Translations under genes and position numbers: made by a program
Assembly (NCBI GenBank): GCA_948762045.1
Contig: CAQBPW010000043.1
Span: 1-31,985, forward strand
Direction of reading: 5' to 3'
Source of the DNA: an uncultured Lachnospiraceae bacterium
GTDB taxonomy: Bacteria > Bacillota > Clostridia > Lachnospirales > Lachnospiraceae
DNA: 31,985 nt
The notes under the pieces: model-generated
What the model saw: only the letters and a program-made list of their open reading frames with translations
Told to the model about the DNA's origin: nothing
The model's database searches: none
Shown here: one piece after another, positions 1 through 6,653 of the stretch
How positions within the stretch are numbered: the stretch's first letter is position 1
How the letters are laid out: each line of letters starts with the position of its first letter

Positions 1-140
1 TGTGTTTAGCCCGCTGTACGGGCGAATTGCACCCCGGTCCGTCCGGCTGGATGTATCTACATTCAAAAGCATTAGACTTTCTTACTTTTTGGAGAGCGGA
101 ACAGTGGCAAGGAATCTTTTCCCCACTCTAGCGTCCCCCC
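1..140 (+). repeat. Family-1 structured palindromic repeat, copy 1a (5' part cut by window edge)
   Basis: tgtgtttagcccgctg(t/c)acgggcgaattgcaccccggtccgtccgg core plus right arm ending ctctagcgtcc; near-identical to copies at 4553, 9182, 15089(rc), 19319. Confidence 0.8.
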
Positions 141-182
141 GCCCACACTATAACACCAAAACCTTTACACCCTATCCCCCTT

Positions 183-1481
183 CTATAAAATATCAATATA
201 TTCCCCAGATAAAGCCTTATTCATACTGCGAACGGCACAAAATTTTCCGCACATCGAACAACTGTCCTCCTGCTCCGGTTTTCGCTCTTCCCGAATCTGC
301 TTCGCCGTTTTTGGATCTATCGCACACTCCCACTGCTTTTCCCAATCCAATTCCCGCCGTGCCTGAGCCATTGCATCATCTAATTCCCTAGCCCCTCGAA
401 TCCCCTTTGCAATATCAGCCGCATGAGCCGCAATTCGGGAAGCTATTATCCCCTGCCGCACATCCTCTAAATTCGGCAAAGCCAAATGCTCCGCCGGAGT
501 TACATAGCACAAAAAAGAAGCTCCCGCCGCTGCCGCAATCGCTCCTCCAATCGCAGCCGTAATATGATCATACCCAGGTGCAATATCGGTTACCAAAGGT
601 CCCAACACATAAAAAGGTGCCCCCATACAGATTGTCTGCTGGATCTTCATATTAGCCGCAATTTGATCCATCGGCATATGCCCGGGACCTTCCACCATTA
701 CCTGCACATCCCTCTCCCAAGCACGTTTTGTTAATTCTCCCAGCCGCACCAATTCTTCTATCTGACAGACATCCGAAGCATCCGCCAAACATCCCGGCCG
801 ACAGGCATCCCCAAGAGAGATCGTAACATCATATTCCCGGCAAATTTCCAAAATTTCATCATAATACTGATAAAACGGATTTTCCTCTCCGGTCATGCAC
901 ATCCAGGCAAATACCAAAGACCCTCCCCGTGATACAATATTCATTTTCCGCTTCTGCGTTCGAATCTGTTCGATTGTCTTTCTGGTAATCCCACAGTGCA
1001 AAGTTACAAAATCTACTCCATCTTCTGCATGAAGCCGAATCACATCTAAAAAGTCCTGTGCACAAAGTGTCGCTAAATCCCGCTGATAGTGAATCACCGC
1101 ATCATAAACCGGTACGGTTCCAATCATTGCCGGACATTCTGCCGTTAATTTTCTCCGAAACGGCTGTGTATCTCCATGGGAAGATAAATCCATAATCGAG
1201 TGAGCACCCATTTCCACTGCTTTTTGTACCTTTTTCATCTCTGCTTCTTTATCTTTACAATCTTTCGAGACTCCCAGATTGACATTGATCTTTGTGCGAA
1301 GCATTGATCCAATCCCTTCTGCATCTAAACAGGCATGATTTTTATTTGCACAGATCACAACTTTTCCCTCCGCTACAAGCGGCATCAGCTCCTCTGCTGT
1401 CATTTGTTCTTTAACCGCAACCGCTTTTAATTGTTCTGTAAGAATCCCTTTCCGTGCAGCTTCCATCTGTGTAGCATACAT
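183..1481 (-). CDS. thiC: Phosphomethylpyrimidine synthase ThiC
   Basis: 432 aa; [15 protein letters not shown] motif, C-terminal CSMCGKFCA radical-SAM-type Fe-S cysteine cluster; AGGAGG RBS upstream of ATG. Confidence 0.93.
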   Translation of the reverse strand: MYATQMEAARKGILTEQLKAVAVKEQMTAEELMPLVAEGKVVICANKNHACLDAEGIGSMLRTKINVNLGVSKDCKDKEAEMKKVQKAVEMGAHSIMDLSSHGDTQPFRRKLTAECPAMIGTVPVYDAVIHYQRDLATLCAQDFLDVIRLHAEDGVDFVTLHCGITRKTIEQIRTQKRKMNIVSRGGSLVFAWMCMTGEENPFYQYYDEILEICREYDVTISLGDACRPGCLADASDVCQIEELVRLGELTKRAWERDVQVMVEGPGHMPMDQIAANMKIQQTICMGAPFYVLGPLVTDIAPGYDHITAAIGGAIAAAAGASFLCYVTPAEHLALPNLEDVRQGIIASRIAAHAADIAKGIRGARELDDAMAQARRELDWEKQWECAIDPKTAKQIREERKPEQEDSCSMCGKFCAVRSMNKALSGEYIDIL

Positions 1482-1560
1482 TCTTTTTTCCTCCTGCCGA
1501 TTTTTTTAGTTTTTATTTCTTCTCTTATCTAATGTGTTTCCTTCTTATTGTGCCTGTTTT

Positions 1561-2355
1561 CTAATTTTCTAAATTCCACATATGGTTCAATGGACCGTTT
1601 CCATGTCCAAGAAAAATCTCCTTCTGCAATGCTCCGCTGATATATTCTTTTGCCAGCCGCACGCTCTCTTCCAATTCCTTTCCCTTTGCTAAATTAGAAA
1701 CAATCGCTGCACTTAAGGTACATCCTGTTCCATGTGTATTAGAAACATAATATCGTTCTCCGCTTATCCAGATTTTCCGATTTTGTTTTATTTCATAAAG
1801 AAAATCATCTGCATCCTCTGCTGCATGTCCTCCCTTTAACAGAACACTGCATCCATACCGCTGACCCATTTCCACTGCCGCTGCCTCTCTCTCTGCTTTC
1901 CTTTGAATCGTTCTGTTCACTAATCGCTCTGCCTCTAAAAGATTAGGCGTAATCAGTCTTGCCATAGGAAACAATCTCTTTGCCAACTCGGTCTTTCCCT
2001 CTCTGCCTAAAAATTCCGTCCCGCTAGTAGAACCCATAACGGGATCGATAACAAGGTTGTCAGCCTGATAATAGGCAAGCCTTTCTGCAAGGATCGGAAT
2101 CAAACACTTAGAACCAATCATTCCAATCTTTACTGCATCCGGTACAATATCTGTAAAAATACTGTCTATCTGCTGCCTGAAACATTCCTCTGTCACCGGA
2201 CAGACTGCAGACACTCCTCTTGTATTCTGTGCCGTCAAAGCTGTAATCACACTCATTCCATAAACGCCATGCATCGTCATCGTCTTTAAGTCTGCCTGAA
2301 TCCCCGCTCCGCCTGAACAGTCACTTCCCGCTATTGTAAGTGCCGTTTTTATCAT
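1561..2355 (-). CDS. thiD: Hydroxymethylpyrimidine/phosphomethylpyrimidine kinase ThiD (start trimmed to MIKTALTIAG; TAA of thiE then T then ATG)
   Basis: MIKTALTIAGSDCSGGAGIQADLKT N-terminus typical of ThiD/PdxK family; ORF track start 2439 would overlap thiE. Confidence 0.88.
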   Translation of the reverse strand: MIKTALTIAGSDCSGGAGIQADLKTMTMHGVYGMSVITALTAQNTRGVSAVCPVTEECFRQQIDSIFTDIVPDAVKIGMIGSKCLIPILAERLAYYQADNLVIDPVMGSTSGTEFLGREGKTELAKRLFPMARLITPNLLEAERLVNRTIQRKAEREAAAVEMGQRYGCSVLLKGGHAAEDADDFLYEIKQNRKIWISGERYYVSNTHGTGCTLSAAIVSNLAKGKELEESVRLAKEYISGALQKEIFLGHGNGPLNHMWNLEN

Positions 2356-2356
2356 A

Positions 2357-3007
2357 TTAGCTTCTCCCTCCAATTTCAAATAGCTGCTCACACCTTCTGC
2401 GAAGCCGCAAAACAGCCGACGGTATCTCTTTTTGGGCAAAAACAGCTCGAATCACAGCAACTCCGCAAATCCCGGTTCCTGCAAGCTGATCCAGATTTTC
2501 TTCTACAATCCCTCCAATCGCTATAACTGGAATAGAAACGGTCTGAACAATTTGCCGCAGTACTTCTATTTCGACAGCCTGTGCATCTGCTTTAGACTGT
2601 GTAGCAAAAATAGCTCCAACCCCTAAATAATCCGCTCCCTGCCGTTGTGCCAGCACAGCCTGTTCCACTGTCTGCACCGATACCCCAAGAATCTTTTCTT
2701 TTCCTATCTTCTCCCTTACTAAAGAAGCCTCCATATCCGTCTGCCCCACATGTACGCCGTCCGCATCCAGACAACAAGCCAGTTCTACATGATCATTGAT
2801 TAAAAAAGGAACCTGATACTGCCTGCAAAGTCTTTGTACCTCCAACGCTTCCCTATAACACTCCTCTTTAGACAATTCCTTTTCCCGAAGCTGCAGCATA
2901 GTTACTCCTCCCTTTAATGCCTCTTCCACCTGCCAAATAAAAGGATGCTCTCTATCCGACCAGCCCCGATCCGTCACCGCATAGAGCAGCCAATCACCGC
3001 ATCTCAT
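2357..3007 (-). CDS. thiE: Thiamine-phosphate synthase ThiE
   Basis: 216 aa; LYAVTD...VTMLQLREK...IAIGGI TIM-barrel ThiE pattern; in thiM-thiE-thiD-thiC gene order. Confidence 0.9.
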   Translation of the reverse strand: MRCGDWLLYAVTDRGWSDREHPFIWQVEEALKGGVTMLQLREKELSKEECYREALEVQRLCRQYQVPFLINDHVELACCLDADGVHVGQTDMEASLVREKIGKEKILGVSVQTVEQAVLAQRQGADYLGVGAIFATQSKADAQAVEIEVLRQIVQTVSIPVIAIGGIVEENLDQLAGTGICGVAVIRAVFAQKEIPSAVLRLRRRCEQLFEIGGRS

Positions 3008-3815
3008 AATTTGCCCTCCTCTCCAACTCCTCTCCGCTCATCCGATAGACCGCATCAATAATCCGATTTCGATAAGAAGCATTTCCGTCTCCCTTTTCCA
3101 TTCTCTCCCATGCCACTTCTCCAGCAATCCCCATCACACAGACAGCAGCCGCACAAGCCTCCAATTTCCGCTCAGGATTTGCCGCCAAATAGGCAGCCGT
3201 CACAGCCGAAAGCTGACATCCGGTTCCTGTAATTTTGCTCATCTCAGGACGTCCGTTTCGAATAATATAACTATGCCTTTCATCCAAAACCAAATCAATC
3301 GCTCCCGTACAGACAAGAATACAATGTCTTTCTTTTGCAAATGCCTGAAAAATCAAGATCATTTCTTCCAGATTTTCTTCTGTCACCACATCCATTACAT
3401 TGGCATCCACTCCCTGCGTATTTCCGCTTCCAAACACCAAAGCCTTTAGTTCCGAACTATTTCCCCGAATACAGTCAAAGGAAATCTCCCGCATCAGTGA
3501 AAGAGCCGTATTGGTTCGAAACATACTAGCTCCAGCTCCCACCGGATCGAATACTACACAATGCCCCAATTTCACTGCCTGTTTCCCTGCAGCAAACATA
3601 GCCGGAACCGTATGCTGATTCAACGTCCCAATATTAATCGTCAGCCCGTCACAAATCGAAGTAATCTCCGCCGCCTCTTCCAAATCATCCGCCATAATCG
3701 GACTTGCTTTACAAGCAAGCAGCACATTTGCCACATCATTCACCGTTACATAATTTGTAATATTATGAATTAACGGCATCTTTCTTTCCACAGCTTCCAA
3801 ACATTCTTTTAACAT
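2994..3815 (-). CDS. thiM: Hydroxyethylthiazole kinase ThiM
   Basis: 273 aa; PLIHNITNYVTVNDVANVLLACKASPIMA ThiM signature; RBS AAAGGAGGAATG upstream. Confidence 0.9.
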   Translation of the reverse strand: MLKECLEAVERKMPLIHNITNYVTVNDVANVLLACKASPIMADDLEEAAEITSICDGLTINIGTLNQHTVPAMFAAGKQAVKLGHCVVFDPVGAGASMFRTNTALSLMREISFDCIRGNSSELKALVFGSGNTQGVDANVMDVVTEENLEEMILIFQAFAKERHCILVCTGAIDLVLDERHSYIIRNGRPEMSKITGTGCQLSAVTAAYLAANPERKLEACAAAVCVMGIAGEVAWERMEKGDGNASYRNRIIDAVYRMSGEELERRANYEMR

Positions 3816-3846
3816 ATCACATTCCTCCTTTTCTTGGAGAACCTCT

Positions 3847-3897
3847 AATCAAAGGAAATTCGGAATCCGCTCCGCTACTTCCTTGATAGGTTAAAAA
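3847..3897 (+). repeat. Family-2 repeat, short ('empty-site') form, inside thiM leader
   Basis: aatcaaaggaaattcggaatccgctccgctacttccttgataggttaaaa; matches ends of long copies at 6381 and 30002 but lacks their internal hairpin block. Confidence 0.7.
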
Positions 3898-4061
3898 TAA
3901 GCCGTCCCTTTCCCTGTCATACCAAACCTGCCATCCCTTCCACCTGTCACAATGGAACCTCTACCCTCCTTCTACAATCAAACAAGAAAAATTTATCTTC
4001 CCCTGCTCATCTACCAAAATCCGTCAGCTTACTGAACGATTCCTTTGAACACCCATATACC

Positions 4062-4157
4062 ATCGAGTAGGAAAATTTCCTCTCCTTACTCGCTGCACCA
4101 AGCGTCCATCAGCTCCGCTAACATCGTTCCCTTGGACGCCCGCATACATAAAAAAAT
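4062..4157 (-). repeat. Family-3 structured element, copy A (downstream of riboswitch terminator, in thiM leader)
   Basis: minus strand: TTTTTTTATGTA...AAGGGAACGATGTTAGCGGAGCTGAT...GCGAGTAAGGAG...CCTACTCGAT; aligns with copies at 15510 and 6597, with G-U-compatible compensatory changes in the stem. Confidence 0.6.
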
Positions 4158-4182
4158 GCAGACACGCAAAAAGCATATCTGC
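4146..4182 (-). terminator. Intrinsic terminator; expression platform of the TPP riboswitch
   Basis: minus strand TGCAGAtATGCtttttGCgTgTCTGCA followed by TTTTTTT, directly 3' of the aptamer. Confidence 0.6.
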
Positions 4183-4195
4183 ACCGTTCTTCCGC

Positions 4196-4290
4196 AAATG
4201 ATGTCCCTACGTTGGCATTATCCAAATCAGGTTTTAAGGGTAAAAGCCTCACATGCTTACTCTCAGCCTATTCTAATAAGCTCCCCATAT
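4196..4290 (-). promoter_or_regulatory. TPP (THI-box) riboswitch aptamer controlling thiMEDC
   Basis: minus strand GGGGAGC...AGGCTGAGAG...ACCCTTAAAACCTGATTTGGATAATGCCAACGTAGGGA matches the TPP riboswitch consensus (CUGAGA box; ACCUGAUCUGGAUAAUGCCAGCGUAGGGA). Confidence 0.9.
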
Positions 4291-4296
4291 ATTTCT

Positions 4297-4330
4297 ATTA
4301 TAACCTCTTTTTAAAAAAACACAATCCCCT
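4297..4330 (-). promoter_or_regulatory. Sigma-A type promoter of the thi operon
   Basis: minus strand TTGTGT-16-TATAAT about 7 nt upstream of the riboswitch 5' end. Confidence 0.5.
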
Positions 4331-4365
4331 TTTTCCAACAAAATCCTTTAACCCCTCCCAACACC

Positions 4366-4535
4366 ATACCTCATTTGAACCTCTATTTTTTACTGAAATT
4401 ATTCGAACCAAGTCCAATCAAATCCAACACCATACCTCATTTGAACTCCTATCTTTTACTGAAATTGGTCCAACCAAGTCCAATCAAATCCAACATCGTA
4501 CCTCATTTGAGCCTCTATCTTTTACTCTATCGGCA
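4366..4535. repeat. Tandem direct repeat, about 65-66 bp unit x about 2.6
   Basis: caacaccatacctcatttgaacctctat(t)ttttactgaaatt..tc.aaccaagtccaatcaaatc repeated head-to-tail; this is what produces the repetitive spurious ORF 4212..4541. Confidence 0.85.
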
Positions 4536-4552
4536 GGATAAATCAGCCAGAA

Positions 4553-4793
4553 CAAAGAAGCAATTTCTTGCTGACGTGACTTCGGAGAAAAGTTAGAAAG
4601 TCTTATGCTTTTGTCGATCCACTAGGATTTTTTGCCATTCCCGAATGGCAAAAAAAGGGGTGTGTTTAGCCCGCTGCACGGGCGAATTGCACCCCGGTCC
4701 GTCCGGCTGGATGCATCAAAATTCAAAAGCGTTAGACTTTCTTACTTTTCGGAGAGCGGAACGTCAGCAAGAAATTGCTTCTTTGTTCTAGCG
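4553..4793 (+). repeat. Family-1 structured palindromic repeat, copy 1b
   Basis: about 70-bp self-complementary arms (cagccagaacaaagaagcaatttcttgctgacgtgacttcgg... / ...ccgaaaagtaagaaagtctaacgcttttg rc) around a conserved 110-bp core with tttttgccattcccgaatggcaaaaaa and gcccgctgcacgggc hairpins. Confidence 0.85.
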
Positions 4794-4828
4794 TCCCCCC
4801 ACCCCCATCCAATCATGAAAAAATCCCC

Positions 4829-6289
4829 CTACCCCTGAGTCCGAACCTCATCCAAAAGCCCCATTTTCAACTCATAATAATCCGGTGTCATATCCAAATA
4901 GTGATTATGCGGATTCTCCAACCGCTGCTCCTCCTCCCAAATCTCATTCTCCAACTGCTTATTTACATACTCCGCAATTTCCTTTAAACTTTCCTCTGGA
5001 TAAACACAAACCCCATTTAAAAACACCGGCACCTGCAGCACCTTCCCCGTACAACGTTCAAAAAATCGATTCTTCCAAGGCTTAATCGGATCTACATACC
5101 GCACAGGCTTAGTAAAATCAATTTCTTCTCCCTTCTTAGCAATCATATCCGCCACAGCCTTCCCGCTCTCATCAAAAATCCGATACACCTCCTTAATCCC
5201 AGGATTGGTAATCTTTTCCACATTCTCCGATACCTTAATCCGCGGCTCAAATCTCCCATTTTCCTCTACAGCAGAAATCTTATAAACCGCACCAAACACC
5301 GGATCAGACTTTGAAGTAATCAGCCGCTCTCCTACCCCAAAACTATCAATTTTTGCCCCCTGATTCAGCAAAGAAGTAATCGTATACTCGTCCAAACTAT
5401 TAGAAGCGACAATCTTACAATCTGACAACCCGGCAGCGTCCAATAGCTTCCTTGCCTTCTTCGAAAGATAAGCCAAATCTCCACTGTCAATCCGCACTCC
5501 TTTTAACCGTTTTCCAAGTGGCTCTAGCACTTCCTTTGCCACACGAATCGCATTAGGAATCCCGCTTTTAATCACATCATAAGTATCGATTAATAAAACC
5601 GTATTATCTGGATAACATTCTGCATATTTTTTAAATGCAGTAAATTCATCCCGGTAAAACATCACCCAGCTATGAGCCATTGTCCCGCTTACCGGAATCT
5701 GAAACATCTGCCCGGCAAGCACGGTAGCAGTCGAACCCACCCCGCCAATGTAAGCCGCTCTCGCCCCATACACAGCCGCATCCATATTGTGTGCCCGTCT
5801 GGCTCCAAAATCCGAAACTCCTCTTCCCTGTGCCGTCTTTACAATCCGCTTTGTCTTTGTTGCAATCAAAGACTGATGGTTAATCTGAAGCAAAATCGCC
5901 GTCTCAATCAACTGTGCATCAATCAAAGGTGCAATCACCGTAAGAATCGGTTCATTTGGATACATAATTGTTCCTTCTCGAAACGCATAAATATCTCCAG
6001 TAAACTTAAAATCTCCTAAATACTTTAAAAAGTCCTCTTCAAAAATCTGCTGTTCCCTTAAATAAGCAATATCTTCCTCCGAAAAATGCAGTTCCTCAAT
6101 ATATTCAATAATCTGCTGCAGCCCAGCAAAAATCGAATACCCCGCCTGATCGGGATTCCGCCGATAAAATACATCAAACGCCACCCGAGCATCCCTATTC
6201 TCGTTATGAAAATAACCATTGCTCATTGTCATCTCATAAAAATCCATTACCATTGATAAATTTCGTTCTCTACTCTGTTTAATACCCAT
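4829..6289 (-). CDS. pncB: Nicotinate phosphoribosyltransferase (start trimmed to MGIKQ with GGAGAGG RBS)
   Basis: NAPRTase family pattern (GTMAHSWV, RIDSGDLAYLSKKARKLLD, ~490 aa). Confidence 0.85.
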   Translation of the reverse strand: MGIKQSRERNLSMVMDFYEMTMSNGYFHNENRDARVAFDVFYRRNPDQAGYSIFAGLQQIIEYIEELHFSEEDIAYLREQQIFEEDFLKYLGDFKFTGDIYAFREGTIMYPNEPILTVIAPLIDAQLIETAILLQINHQSLIATKTKRIVKTAQGRGVSDFGARRAHNMDAAVYGARAAYIGGVGSTATVLAGQMFQIPVSGTMAHSWVMFYRDEFTAFKKYAECYPDNTVLLIDTYDVIKSGIPNAIRVAKEVLEPLGKRLKGVRIDSGDLAYLSKKARKLLDAAGLSDCKIVASNSLDEYTITSLLNQGAKIDSFGVGERLITSKSDPVFGAVYKISAVEENGRFEPRIKVSENVEKITNPGIKEVYRIFDESGKAVADMIAKKGEEIDFTKPVRYVDPIKPWKNRFFERCTGKVLQVPVFLNGVCVYPEESLKEIAEYVNKQLENEIWEEEQRLENPHNHYLDMTPDYYELKMGLLDEVRTQG

Positions 6290-6380
6290 AATTCCTCTCC
6301 TCGTTAAAATAAAATAAATCATGTTTTACCTAGTTTACATCATAATCCTAAAAAAGTATAGCAAAACTTGCATTTTTGAG

Positions 6381-6540
6381 TCAAATCGGATATTCGCAAT
6401 CCGCTTTGCTACTTGCTCATAACCTCATAGCTGCTATCGCAGCTTTTCAGTGGGAGTCTGCACTCCCACTGAAACAAGGAAGTCCCCCACTTTCGCCTTG
6501 GCGGCTTAGAAGCGGGGGACTTCCTTGATGAGGTTAAAAA
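6381..6540 (+). repeat. Family-2 repeat, long form with nested hairpins
   Basis: tcaaatcggatattcgcaatccgctttgctacttgctcataacctcat, then internal hairpins (agctgctatcgcagct; tttcagtgggagtctgcactcccactgaaa; caaggaagtccccc...gggggacttccttg), then atgaggttaaaa; first 50 nt identical to 31936-31985. Confidence 0.8.
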
Positions 6541-6596
6541 ATTATCAATTTTATGTTGCACCCCTATCTCAATCATAAAAAATACCCCAAAATAAA

Positions 6597-6645
6597 TCGA
6601 GTAGGGAAATAAATTTCTCCCTACTCATTCTGCTGACATAACTAT
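6597..6645 (-). terminator. Rho-independent terminator of the MVP-like gene; also family-3 copy B, short form
   Basis: minus strand GAGTAGGGA-gaaatttatt-TCCCTACTC followed by GATTTATTTTGGGGTATTTTTT; shares atcgagtaggg...ctgctgacat with family-3 copies A and C. Confidence 0.7.
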
Positions 6646-6653
6646 CTATTTTT

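Noticed and set aside
2-391. Plus-strand ORF (129 aa) and the similar 4632..4838, 9269..9469 and 19406..19600 ORFs (MPFSNGKKGVCLARCTGELHP...)
   Set aside because: They are translations of the conserved family-1 repeat core. The same 'protein' recurs only because the DNA repeat recurs. There is no RBS and they overlap repeat hairpins.
4212-4541. Plus-strand ORF 109 aa with internally repetitive sequence
   Set aside because: Read-through of the 65-bp tandem DNA repeat and the TPP riboswitch region on the wrong strand. Low-complexity, no RBS.
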